IMG/VR virus record: IMGVR_UViG_3300020236_000046
Span: 7,492-71,491 of that record
DNA length: 64,000 nt
Strand: one strand, 5' to 3'
Origin: a virus
Lineage: Duplodnaviria > Caudoviricetes
In this document: positions 46,761-55,634 of the stretch, in pieces
Position numbering within the stretch: the first letter of the stretch is position 1
How the letters are laid out: the number at the start of each line of letters is the position of its first letter
Notes under the pieces: model-generated
Database searches by the model: none
What the model saw: the letters and a program-made list of their open reading frames with translations, nothing else
Told to the model about the DNA's origin: nothing
Program-made: the position numbers and the translations under genes

Positions 46761-46859
46761 CTATTCACAGACAGTAACAAACACAGCTATCCCGATTATC
46801 CAGAGTATGACCGCTACACCATGATGAGTTTCAAATAGGGTTTCAAGTTTCAGTTTCAT
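46761..46859 (-). CDS. 32-aa single-TM microprotein (paralogue of 52990-53100)
   Basis: MKLKLETLFETHHGVAVILWIIGIAVFVTVCE; SD aagg. Confidence 0.6.
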   Translation of the reverse strand: MKLKLETLFETHHGVAVILWIIGIAVFVTVCE

Positions 46860-47040
46860 TTTTATTCCTTTCCAACACTTTCTCTTTAGTCAGTTTCATA
46901 GATTCTCCTTTTTTCCTAGAGGGATAATAATTTCCTTCTTGTCTACAAGCAGAGAAACCACCTTCAAAATAACATTTGGTAGATTTCTCGTGAGCGTACC
47001 TGCCTATGTATTCGCATGTTTTACAGCGCGCAAACATCAC
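46843..47040 (-). CDS. Hypothetical Cys-rich protein
   Basis: ORF track; CxxC; SD aggag. Confidence 0.45.
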   Translation of the reverse strand: MMFARCKTCEYIGRYAHEKSTKCYFEGGFSACRQEGNYYPSRKKGESMKLTKEKVLERNKNETET

Positions 47041-47128
47041 TTCTCCTTTACAGCCCCAATAAGTTTGGCTTTTACCTCGACAAGTTCTTCCTTTAAAATT
47101 TCAGCTTCCATAATTATTCTCCCTATTG

Positions 47129-48313
47129 TTATATATTAATTCCAATATCCTCAAATACAACTACTGCATAGCCTTCCCATTTATACCCGGCATATTTAAA
47201 CCATGAGGCAATCAGTTTATCATTGCCGCTATATCTTGACGTGATCCAATTTGCATAATCAATAACAAACGCCTCGAATGTAGGCAGGTATTCTTCTAGG
47301 CGCTCTTTTTTATCTTGCCATACTTCAAACATCTTTTTGATTGTCTGTTCGAGAATACGATATTCGTTCGTTTGCAACTTATCAGAATTACGGGCCTCAT
47401 TTAACGCCTTGCTTAATATCATTACGAGATTATCCAGATCAGGGAATCTTTTTTTCTTATTTCTATTTTCTACATCACTTAATTCAGACACACCATTTAT
47501 CAATACATATAACAACCAGCTTTTTTGTGTCCGAGGATTATAAATTAATTCAGACAGATTTTTAGGTATCCATTTCTTATCTTCGGGCCAATATCCTTCA
47601 GTGAACATTTGAGACAGCATCGCTAACCCGGATAGAATACGTTTTTCATTCCATTGTTTATTTATATATCGTTCAGGAATTTCACATCGCTTTAGCCAAT
47701 TCATATCCAGTTTGTATTTAGATAATTTCCCGGTTTCAAATACCCGTAGTTTCACTACGGCTTCCTTGTAAACGGATTTATTAGGTGATGTATGTTTTCT
47801 TACGTTATTTAATGTATTCCAATAATCCAGATATTTATTAGTTTTTTCTTTAGAGGGGGTCTTTAGGGAACCTTTAAACTTCGGAGAAGTTTTAATGTCG
47901 TCTTTATTTCCTAATAAAGACTTATTACTTACTCTATTACTATACTCATCATTTTTGTTTATCCTGCCTGATCGTTTTTGATTAGGCTCACTTATAACCT
48001 CTAATTTTTTAATGTTTTCGGGATGAGCATGTAATACACGGTATCTTCCATCAAAACCACCCTCTTTTTCTGTTATTAAGCCTACTTTTTTTAGGTTGCT
48101 GATTGCTCTTGTAACAGACACCTCACTTTTATTTAAAAATTTAGCTAAATGTTTTCGACTTGCATAACAACCATCCTTCCCGTCTAAATAATATATTTCT
48201 GTGAATAGTGCTTTTTCTACTAAAGATAAGTCTTTAGTTACCCATAGTTCTTTAGGTATCCAAACACCTTGAAATTCTCGTTTTAATTTATGTTCTTTAT
48301 CTCTCATGCACAC
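47129..48313 (-). CDS. Replication initiator / helicase-loader-like protein with N-terminal wHTH
   Basis: 'FQGVWIPKELW..LSLVEKALFTEI..GCYASRKHLAKFL..SVTRAISNL'. Confidence 0.75.
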   Translation of the reverse strand: MCMRDKEHKLKREFQGVWIPKELWVTKDLSLVEKALFTEIYYLDGKDGCYASRKHLAKFLNKSEVSVTRAISNLKKVGLITEKEGGFDGRYRVLHAHPENIKKLEVISEPNQKRSGRINKNDEYSNRVSNKSLLGNKDDIKTSPKFKGSLKTPSKEKTNKYLDYWNTLNNVRKHTSPNKSVYKEAVVKLRVFETGKLSKYKLDMNWLKRCEIPERYINKQWNEKRILSGLAMLSQMFTEGYWPEDKKWIPKNLSELIYNPRTQKSWLLYVLINGVSELSDVENRNKKKRFPDLDNLVMILSKALNEARNSDKLQTNEYRILEQTIKKMFEVWQDKKERLEEYLPTFEAFVIDYANWITSRYSGNDKLIASWFKYAGYKWEGYAVVVFEDIGINI

Positions 48314-48804
48314 TACCTTTTGTATTTAGAGAATTTATCTTTATTAGCAGGGTTTTGAGTGAAAGAAATAAATGTTTGTTTTAGGGCATTATCTTTAAAG
48401 ATGAATTTGATTTTTTTAGTATTAAGGAATATTTGAATCCCTTTTCTTCCTAATCCCCAATTATCGTGTAAGTATTTTTTTATTTGTAGGAGTGTTATAT
48501 ATTTTTCATTTTCAGGTAATCGTATATTGTATTTAGGTTGAAATTTTACTATTAGTTCAGCTTCTAGTTCATTTAATTGTTTTTGTGTTTTTTCTAAAGG
48601 GATATAGGAATATGAATCAAATATTTTTATATTTGTTTTTATGTGGTGACTAATTCTGTTAAAAGGGTGTTGGGCTTGTCCCACATAAACTATTTCTTTT
48701 TTGTAGATAAGAAAATACATCCCTGATTTATTATCTTCAAGTAATCTAGGTATTTTGTTTTTTATTATTTCTTTTTTTGAAAGAGAAGTTTTTTGATCCA
48801 TCAA
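48313..48804 (-). CDS. GIY-YIG family nuclease
   Basis: 'GMYFL..IVYVGQA..RISHH', 'LEAELIVKFQPKYN'. Confidence 0.8.
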   Translation of the reverse strand: MMDQKTSLSKKEIIKNKIPRLLEDNKSGMYFLIYKKEIVYVGQAQHPFNRISHHIKTNIKIFDSYSYIPLEKTQKQLNELEAELIVKFQPKYNIRLPENEKYITLLQIKKYLHDNWGLGRKGIQIFLNTKKIKFIFKDNALKQTFISFTQNPANKDKFSKYKR

Positions 48805-48820
48805 ATATCTCCTATTTAAA

Positions 48821-48980
48821 TATTAAGGGAGTGGGTGAAATAGGCACCCACTCCCGACTATCACGGGCCATTGCGATAGCGTTATCAGTCTGTAAGTCTA
48901 TATCATTTTTCTATGAAATAAAACCTTAAAATTAAGGGGAGGGGCAGGAAGGGATAGCAACCTGCCCCTCGATTATCGCG
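48821..48980. repeat. Two structurally similar intergenic stem-loop units
   Basis: ATTAAGGG(G)AG-stem-loop-CGA(C/T)TATC(A/G)CG at 48822-48865 and 48931-48980. Confidence 0.55.
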
Positions 48981-49136
48981 AATTATTTCTAATTTGCGCC
49001 CTTTCATGTATTTAATCATAACATATCCCTCACGAGGCGTCACAATCTTGCCCTGTGCTTACCGTATGACCTCTTTCTATACCCTACTATACCTGTCTTG
49101 ATTCAAGTGTGTTACAGAGGAAATAGGACGTAATGT

Positions 49137-49463
49137 TTAAAATACAAGTCTACGATTACTATGACTCTCCATTGCTCTTAGGTCTTCTTTTATTTGTTTT
49201 TTATCTTTTGAATTTAATGTTACATATTTATAGCTTTTGTTCATTGCAGTGAAGCATGCATCATAAAAAAGAATTTCTTTCTTTTTCTTTTCAGGTTTAA
49301 AGAAAGAAAGATCGGTAGCACAGTGAGATGGATCACATTTAACTGTGATTTTAGGCGCGATTGTATGGCACATTTCAATTACTATTGCCCTCATCATGTT
49401 TAATTGTTTTTTAAGTTCTACTATTTCATCTTTCTTTTTAGTTTTCATTTCATTATTCCTCAT
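49137..49463 (-). CDS. Hypothetical protein
   Basis: ORF downstream of promoter copy 4. Confidence 0.55.
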   Translation of the reverse strand: MRNNEMKTKKKDEIVELKKQLNMMRAIVIEMCHTIAPKITVKCDPSHCATDLSFFKPEKKKKEILFYDACFTAMNKSYKYVTLNSKDKKQIKEDLRAMESHSNRRLVF

Positions 49464-49504
49464 TAAATTTGTTTAGTGATTCAGTTATATATTTTCCTTC
49501 TTAT

Positions 49505-49534
49505 ATTATAGCAAAAACAGGTAGTTTCATTTAA
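49505..49534 (-). promoter_or_regulatory. Phage promoter motif TTAAATGAAA-N12-GCTATAAT (copy 4)
   Basis: Same 10-mer and spacer; overlaps primase stop. Confidence 0.75.
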
Positions 49535-50414
49535 GGCCTATCTCTTTCATAATATTATCCGCCTGGGACTGTTTTAAAGCTCCGGGATCGGTCATATCCG
49601 TAGAAAATAGTTCGTAAGTTTCACCGTCGAAATGTGACAGGAGATTCGCTAATTTATTAGCTTGCTTTTGTGCGTCCGGGTCATTGTCAAAAAAGATATA
49701 TCTTTTTTTAAACCTTCGTAACAAATTTACTTGTTCTAGTTTAAACTTAATTCCGAATGTAGCAACGGCCCCGTTTCCTAATCTCCATACGTCCGTAATG
49801 CCTTCAACTATAATAACCGTATCTCCTGGCACATTATCCAGTGCATAGAGGCAATGTTTATGAGGACGTATTTCTTCATTATTAGGGCAGGCTTTATATG
49901 GGGTTTTAGATTTTTCCGTTATATCCCTGCCTTGATAACTTACGATTTTTTGACCATATAATATCGGAGCGATAATACGGAATTTATAATTGCCGATATG
50001 AGATGTTCCCGTGAGATTATATCGTTCTATCAGTTTATCAGGATTAAAGTCGCGGTCTGACAGGTATTGTCTATGCCGGTTATTTAAAGGTAATGAGGAT
50101 GGTAACTGTATCTGCTTTATTGTTCTAACAGGTTTTTTATCCGATTCTATAAAATGTGTTTTATATTCTTTTAATAGTTTGGGAATATCCGCTTTATGAA
50201 TATCTAGTAAAATAGACAATGTCTCATCTACGGGATGCCAGCCACATTTCCAACAATTAAAATAATTGCTATGTATGTTGTAGCCAAGATGATTGCTGGA
50301 ATCCTCACAGTACGGGCATTTAGTATTTAACCAGCCCGCCGCACTGTTCGATCCGTCTGAATTACAATCAATATTGTAATCGGCATATAGTTTTACAAGG
50401 TCATAGTTTTTCAT
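49527..50414 (-). CDS. DNA primase (zinc finger plus TOPRIM)
   Basis: 'CPYC..HLGYN..FNCWKCG', 'YQGRD', 'VEGITD', 'FFDND'. Confidence 0.9.
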   Translation of the reverse strand: MKNYDLVKLYADYNIDCNSDGSNSAAGWLNTKCPYCEDSSNHLGYNIHSNYFNCWKCGWHPVDETLSILLDIHKADIPKLLKEYKTHFIESDKKPVRTIKQIQLPSSLPLNNRHRQYLSDRDFNPDKLIERYNLTGTSHIGNYKFRIIAPILYGQKIVSYQGRDITEKSKTPYKACPNNEEIRPHKHCLYALDNVPGDTVIIVEGITDVWRLGNGAVATFGIKFKLEQVNLLRRFKKRYIFFDNDPDAQKQANKLANLLSHFDGETYELFSTDMTDPGALKQSQADNIMKEIGLK

Positions 50415-52010
50415 TTATCCTTCTTTAAATTTGTTTAGTAATTCAGTTAATAAATTATCATCATCTTCACTTTCTTTCACAGTTTTCCCGTCTAAAACCT
50501 GGGACAGGATTTTTGTTTTCCTATCCAGTATTTTTACTATATCTTCTTCTACCGTGTCTTCAGCTATCAGATACCAGGCTGTCACCTTGTCTGCTGTTTG
50601 ACCTATTCTCAAAACACGATCTTCTGCCTGTATCATTTCTCCTGGCGTCCAACCCAGTTCTACAAAAGCTACATTACTCGCGGCATATAAATCGATACCA
50701 ACACCCGCCGCTTGTATATTGCCGATAAGCAGTTTAGTTTTACTATCGTTTTGGAATGCTTGTTCTGCAAGTTCCCGGTCTTTCATGGATGTTCTACCGT
50801 CTATGATTACGGTTTTGATTTTGTTTTTGAAATGGGCATATAATTTATCAATGACAAAATGATGTGTTACAAACAGGATTATCTTTTCATCACTCTCTAA
50901 AAAATCATCCACCCAGGATATGACAGAATCCAGTTTTTCAGATACTGCAACTTGTTTAAGTTTTTCTATTTTTTGAAGCGCAATAGCTGTATTCTTGTTT
51001 TCTTTTTGCCAGTCATTAAACTCTTCTACCGCATAATTGTATTTTGTCATGTTTATTTCTATAGGTATAACGACCCTTGTTTTTTCCGGTAAATCCGGTA
51101 GAACGTCTTTTTTAAGTCTCCGTATCATCGGGCCGTTTATAGTGAGTTTATCATATAGTTCCGCAGTATTAGTGGCCCCTGTCACGTCCCACCCAAAACC
51201 ATTGAATTTAGCCCCGCAATACCGTTTGATGAAATACCAGTAATCAGGGAAAAGAGTAGGATCAATGATTTTTAGAATATTGTAAAATTCAAATGGTTTA
51301 TTAACAATCGGAGTCCCACTTAATCCTATGACATGAGGTATTTTACGGCAAAGCGACCTAACCGCTCTAGTGCGTTTTGTTTTATTCCCTTTTATATAAT
51401 GACATTCATCCAATATGATTATTTTTATATTTAATGTTTTTAGGTAGGGCAACCAATAATGTAAAATATCATAGTTGATAAACAGTATTTTGTTTTTAAC
51501 GAAATATATAGTCCTGCCTGAAAGTACTTGATGGTCTATAACTCCGAACCATTTTATTGCTTCCCTTCGCCATTTTAATTTGACTGTTGCAGGAGATACT
51601 ACAAGTACCGGGGTTAATTCAGGATGATATTCACACCAGCCTAATGCCTGTAGTGTTTTGCCTAGTCCCATATCATCTCCTATTAAAGCCCTGCCTCCTC
51701 TTGATTCTATATGTGCTACTCCTTTCCTTTGGAATGGATAGTAAGGTAAAACGGATTGAGACAAATCTATTTTAGGTGTTCCTTTTAATTTATTGTTGAA
51801 TTTTTTAATATACCATTGAGAAAGTTCCTTGTTTAATGTAAATTCCCAGTCCCTTAATTGAAGTATTGATTCTAGTATTAGCGGGATAGACCATACTCTT
51901 CTAGTAGGGTGATACTTACGCCCCGGCAACATCTTAATTTTCGCTATGATTGCGGAATCATAGGAAAATATAAGCCATACCTTATTGTCGATTAGTTCCG
52001 CTTTTTTCAT
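50415..52010 (-). CDS. SNF2-family helicase with N-terminal HARP-like domain
   Basis: 'GDDMGLGKT', 'LDECHY', 'LSGTP', 'IRRLKKDVL', 'QAEDRVLRIGQ'. Confidence 0.93.
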   Translation of the reverse strand: MKKAELIDNKVWLIFSYDSAIIAKIKMLPGRKYHPTRRVWSIPLILESILQLRDWEFTLNKELSQWYIKKFNNKLKGTPKIDLSQSVLPYYPFQRKGVAHIESRGGRALIGDDMGLGKTLQALGWCEYHPELTPVLVVSPATVKLKWRREAIKWFGVIDHQVLSGRTIYFVKNKILFINYDILHYWLPYLKTLNIKIIILDECHYIKGNKTKRTRAVRSLCRKIPHVIGLSGTPIVNKPFEFYNILKIIDPTLFPDYWYFIKRYCGAKFNGFGWDVTGATNTAELYDKLTINGPMIRRLKKDVLPDLPEKTRVVIPIEINMTKYNYAVEEFNDWQKENKNTAIALQKIEKLKQVAVSEKLDSVISWVDDFLESDEKIILFVTHHFVIDKLYAHFKNKIKTVIIDGRTSMKDRELAEQAFQNDSKTKLLIGNIQAAGVGIDLYAASNVAFVELGWTPGEMIQAEDRVLRIGQTADKVTAWYLIAEDTVEEDIVKILDRKTKILSQVLDGKTVKESEDDDNLLTELLNKFKEG

Positions 52011-52291
52011 TTTCCTACATATTTTCCGTCGGGGGTTAAAATCGGTTTCTCGTCTACATAAGAATTATCAGGGGCTAATTGCGGTTTACCTCCGACATAC
52101 GATCCGTCCGGCGCACGGTGTGGTTTACCACCTGTATATTTACCGTCAGGCGTTAGTTGAGGTTTATCGTTTACATAACTGCCGTTTGGCGCACGGTAGC
52201 ATTTATTTCCGCTTACATACGTATTATCCGGGCATAATGTAACTGCGTAGACAGGGGATGATAGTAATAACAGGATTATTAGAGGTTTCAT
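52007..52291 (-). CDS. Secreted protein with six 13-aa PDGxY repeats
   Basis: Signal peptide MKPLIILLLLSSPVYA; repeats (L/R)xP(D/N)(G/N)xYxxxKP. Confidence 0.75.
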   Translation of the reverse strand: MKPLIILLLLSSPVYAVTLCPDNTYVSGNKCYRAPNGSYVNDKPQLTPDGKYTGGKPHRAPDGSYVGGKPQLAPDNSYVDEKPILTPDGKYVGK

Positions 52292-52521
52292 TATTCATGC
52301 CCTTCAAATGTTATACGAAGATTAATTTTATTCGCTATAATAAGCTCTAAAATATCTATGAATGACATATCTTTTAATTCATCGATTGGTATTTTACATC
52401 CGCCTGCAATGATAAGATGTGCTTGTACTATATCTAAAAACCTATCAATTTTATTTACTGTTTCTACGGTTAACATAACGCCCCCTTTAATTCGTTCATT
52501 GTTTTCCAAATAACCGGCCAA
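52291..52521 (-). CDS. Hypothetical protein
   Basis: ORF track; start uncertain. Confidence 0.5.
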   Translation of the reverse strand: MAGYLENNERIKGGVMLTVETVNKIDRFLDIVQAHLIIAGGCKIPIDELKDMSFIDILELIIANKINLRITFEGHE

Positions 52522-52970
52522 CTCCAGCCCTCATTATTCCGTAAATATTTAACTATCGCTCCCCTGGCCTTTTTTGGTCTCGTCAGGTCTATAGCCTCGA
52601 ATATTTCATGCGGGGAATTAATTATAATGCTTAATACCTGATGTGCCTCATCCGTTAAATCGTTTTTAATTCCTACGTATTTAATGTATGAATCAAAATT
52701 AAAACACGGGATTTCTACAGGGTCTTTATTAATGTTAAATTTATTGTGTTTTTTAATTGATAATACATACTTGTATAATTCCCTGTCCAGCCGTTTCCAG
52801 AGCCAGGTAGAAAATTTACTGCGTTCAGGGTCGTAAGTTTTAATTGCCTCACAAAAAATCAGATTGCCTTGTGCAATTAAATCATCTACAGGAATATTGG
52901 TTGTGAAATGAAAACTAAACGCTTTTTTAATTATCAGGTTTTTATGCTGATTATAAAATTGATCTGTCAT
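52470..52970 (-). CDS. Sigma-70-like transcription factor (region 2 clear, region 4 divergent)
   Basis: 'DDLIAQGNLIFCEAIKTYDPERSKFSTWLWKRL'. Confidence 0.8.
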   Translation of the reverse strand: MTDQFYNQHKNLIIKKAFSFHFTTNIPVDDLIAQGNLIFCEAIKTYDPERSKFSTWLWKRLDRELYKYVLSIKKHNKFNINKDPVEIPCFNFDSYIKYVGIKNDLTDEAHQVLSIIINSPHEIFEAIDLTRPKKARGAIVKYLRNNEGWSWPVIWKTMNELKGALC

Positions 52971-52989
52971 TTATCCGCCCTATTAATTA

Positions 52990-53100
52990 TTATTCATACT
53001 CTATAAAATCAATTAACAACATCACTACAAACACCAGTACAGCTATTATCCATAAACAAAGGGCCACGCCGTAATGAGTGGTGAATAGTGTTTCGAGCAT
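52990..53100 (-). CDS. 36-aa single-TM microprotein (paralogue of 46761-46859)
   Basis: MLETLFTTHYGVALCLWIIAVLVFVVMLLIDFIEYE; SD aagga. Confidence 0.6.
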   Translation of the reverse strand: MLETLFTTHYGVALCLWIIAVLVFVVMLLIDFIEYE

Positions 53101-53266
53101 TACTTTTCCTTCTTTTCAGTTATTTCATTAACACCTTTTTGCATCTTATCTTTAAACTTTTGCACATCTTCATCAGACATTAAAAACGCATAGGCTCCTA
53201 GCGTTGGGGGCTATAATTTTTCTCCAATTCTCAATCTGTTCTTTAGTTAGCTTTGTAGAATCCATC

Positions 53267-53551
53267 TTACTTTTCCTCCGCTTTTGCGAGTGCGTTTTTT
53301 AAATCATCATATAGTGTGCCTTCGATAAAACCGTGATAGCGAATAAGTGCCAATGCTTTTTTACACATCTCTATTAATTCCTTATGCGTATTGCAAGCCG
53401 TGACAATGAATTCGGCGCGTTTTCTCGTTACTCCAAAATGAGCAGTTTTAGGACTTTCTATGCTAGCAATTTTGTTATGATTAGAATCATATATACTAAA
53501 AACAGCTGCAGGCATTTCGACTATTTTATATAGAATATGTTTAGTTTCCAT
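53267..53551 (-). CDS. Hypothetical early protein
   Basis: SD aaggag; 'RAEFIVTACNTH..LKNALAKAE' is a common phage early-protein pattern. Confidence 0.65.
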   Translation of the reverse strand: METKHILYKIVEMPAAVFSIYDSNHNKIASIESPKTAHFGVTRKRAEFIVTACNTHKELIEMCKKALALIRYHGFIEGTLYDDLKNALAKAEEK

Positions 53552-53561
53552 CTTATCTATA

Positions 53562-53600
53562 CTCCTTTCTAGCAGGGCAGGCCGTTACGCCGTACCCTGC
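53562..53600. repeat. 39-bp hairpin plus SD repeat, copy 1
   Basis: 37 of 39 identical to 55001-55039. Confidence 0.85.
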
Positions 53601-53731
53601 TGTTTATTGTTTGTTAATTTCAATTTATTTTGTTGAATAGTTAATAAAATATGCAAGCGTTTTAAAAACCATTGCCGTTGATCTTCGATTTTAATATCTA
53701 TTTTATCTAATGTTTTTTGTTTCATAATTTA

Positions 53732-54361
53732 TTATTCCGTTAAACAGTTTAGATTATAGTTTTTAACCCATTTATCATAATCAGTTTTTTTCTTATCCGC
53801 TTCGCGGACGGCTTTTTCTTGTGCTTCCTTTTCGGCGCAATATTCGCAGTAGCCGTCATCGTTAAAATGCTCGTATTCCGGGCCGTAATAATCGCCGCAG
53901 TAGCCGCAGGAATGTATTGAATTACATTCATGGCATAACAAGGAGTTAAATTGAATGCCGATACCGCCGTCGCCCTGATAATCATCCGGCGTGAATTCTA
54001 CATCGTCACTGTCCTTATCTTCTCCGCAACACGAACAGGTAAGAGGGATCAGATTGTCGGATATATCAGGATCATGTTTATCTACCCATTGAGCGCACCC
54101 TAACACGCCGTGGACATTAGATTCTTTTGCGAATTCCGCTAGATCTGCCGGGTTAGAAAAATTGTAGATGGAAAAATCCTTTCCCACTTTGTCTGTCGTA
54201 TTAGTGAGACGGGTTTTTAATTGTTCTTTATGATCGATCCCCGCATACCCGCTGGAGTGAATATTGAAAAACTTGCCGTTTTTATCAACTAGGCAGTAAT
54301 TCCACTCCCAGACACATCCGTCATATCCGCCGCCTTGATACTCAATTAATATATTTTTCAT
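53732..54361 (-). CDS. Hypothetical Cys-rich early protein
   Basis: Four CxxC-like pairs; ORF track. Confidence 0.7.
   Translation of the reverse strand: MKNILIEYQGGGYDGCVWEWNYCLVDKNGKFFNIHSSGYAGIDHKEQLKTRLTNTTDKVGKDFSIYNFSNPADLAEFAKESNVHGVLGCAQWVDKHDPDISDNLIPLTCSCCGEDKDSDDVEFTPDDYQGDGGIGIQFNSLLCHECNSIHSCGYCGDYYGPEYEHFNDDGYCEYCAEKEAQEKAVREADKKKTDYDKWVKNYNLNCLTE
53855..53895. repeat. 41-bp exact duplication, copy 1
   Basis: Identical to 55418-55458. Confidence 0.9.
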
Positions 54362-54660
54362 AATTTCACCCTCCGGGTAGTTGTTGTAAGTTCGTTCAGG
54401 TAGTTGGGTTTTCTATTATATTCCTGTTCAATGAACCACACTGCGGCTTTGTCATCTGTCGCGTAAAACTCTCCGAAGTCGCAGTTATAATGCTTGCGCC
54501 TGGGGTATGGGTAATGTCTGATCGCTTCGTTTGAAAAAGTTTTAACGTTTAAAAATATTGTAATTAAACGTCTATCCTCTAGCGATAACTGGCCTTGATT
54601 AAATGCGTTGTCGATCCGTTGAAGGTCATTTTTGCTCCAGTGCCGTACAGTTATACTCAT
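54358..54660 (-). CDS. Hypothetical early protein
   Basis: Coupled ORF. Confidence 0.6.
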   Translation of the reverse strand: MSITVRHWSKNDLQRIDNAFNQGQLSLEDRRLITIFLNVKTFSNEAIRHYPYPRRKHYNCDFGEFYATDDKAAVWFIEQEYNRKPNYLNELTTTTRRVKL

Positions 54661-54992
54661 AATTTCACCTCAATTGGTAATGGTTTAGATAGTTCGATGC
54701 GCTCGATAATCGCACCATCTTCATCAGCCTGTCGATTAACGTCGTCGACAACAAAACAGACGGCCTCGCCTTGCCCTAACCGTTCACGGGCCGCGATCAA
54801 TGCCTCTTTTTCGTTTAGTGCGTCTACGTTGAACGTCGCGGTTGCGATTACCCGTGATGATGCGGTAACTGTGTAGCTCGTCATCTCACTATTAGCGGCA
54901 ATTTGGCCGGCTTTTTTGATATCCACGTCTGTGAGAGCATGAGGACCGAACCTGTAATGTTTTTTTCCAGCAAACCACTGTAAATTACTCAT
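54657..54992 (-). CDS. Hypothetical early protein
   Basis: Coupled ORF; aaggag SD. Confidence 0.6.
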   Translation of the reverse strand: MSNLQWFAGKKHYRFGPHALTDVDIKKAGQIAANSEMTSYTVTASSRVIATATFNVDALNEKEALIAARERLGQGEAVCFVVDDVNRQADEDGAIIERIELSKPLPIEVKL

Positions 54993-55000
54993 TTTCTCAT

Positions 55001-55039
55001 CTCCTTTCCAGCAGGGCAGGCCGTTACGCCGTACCCCGC
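55001..55039. repeat. 39-bp hairpin plus SD repeat, copy 2
   Basis: See 53562-53600. Confidence 0.85.
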
Positions 55040-55048
55040 CATGATTGA

Positions 55049-55357
55049 TTATTTAATTTCCTCCCTCATCGCCAGGCCGTACCATTCATACGTTGTCCCG
55101 CCAGTTTCCACTACGTCCCAATTTTCAAATTCAAATCCGACACATTTTGGGAACCGTCGGGATGTGGTTGAGATTAGAATCACGTCACCGTTTGCCAGCA
55201 TGTACAGCGGGTATTTACCACCGCGCGTACCCTCTAGTTCTGTTTCAGCAACGATGCCCCCGGAATTTTTTACATGGGTATTTAACCGTCCGCCGTATGG
55301 GAACTCGATATCGGTAATTGTGCTCATCTTCTCATCTCCTTTTAAATTGTTTGCCAT
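55049..55357 (-). CDS. Hypothetical early protein
   Basis: ORF track; start uncertain. Confidence 0.6.
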   Translation of the reverse strand: MANNLKGDEKMSTITDIEFPYGGRLNTHVKNSGGIVAETELEGTRGGKYPLYMLANGDVILISTTSRRFPKCVGFEFENWDVVETGGTTYEWYGLAMREEIK

Positions 55358-55360
55358 CTA

Positions 55361-55498
55361 TTAAAAATCCAATTGGTCGTTTCGATAATCGTCAATTTCT
55401 ACATCTGTCGGATAGCGGTCATCGTTAAAATGCTCGTATTCCGGGCCGTAATAATCGCTTTCATAGATGAACCCGCTATCCAGTAGATTAATTAGCAT
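55361..55498 (-). CDS. 45-aa acidic peptide sharing DYYGPEYEHFNDD with 53732-54361
   Basis: Read by hand: MLINLLDSGFIYESDYYGPEYEHFNDDRYPTDVEIDDYRNDQLDF. Confidence 0.45.
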   Translation of the reverse strand: MLINLLDSGFIYESDYYGPEYEHFNDDRYPTDVEIDDYRNDQLDF

Positions 55499-55634
55499 AT
55501 TTTTATGACAGTTTTCGATCTTTATAACTACCGTCAAAAGATTTATAGAAATGTTTATAATGCCTATTCATTATTTCTATCTCCATTTTATGTATTAGTT
55601 GCATTAGATTGGTAATAGTCGGTAGTCTGTATAA

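Noticed and set aside
48313-48804. GIY-YIG as part of a group I intron
   Set aside because: Flanking genes appear intact and no P/Q/R/S core was recognised.
16436-55364. + strand ORFs of 60-170 aa opposite the replication block (e.g. 29955-30449, 31559-31978, 41876-42379, 54595-54876)
   Set aside because: Antisense shadows of K/E-rich genes giving F/L/S-rich sequence; no family motifs.
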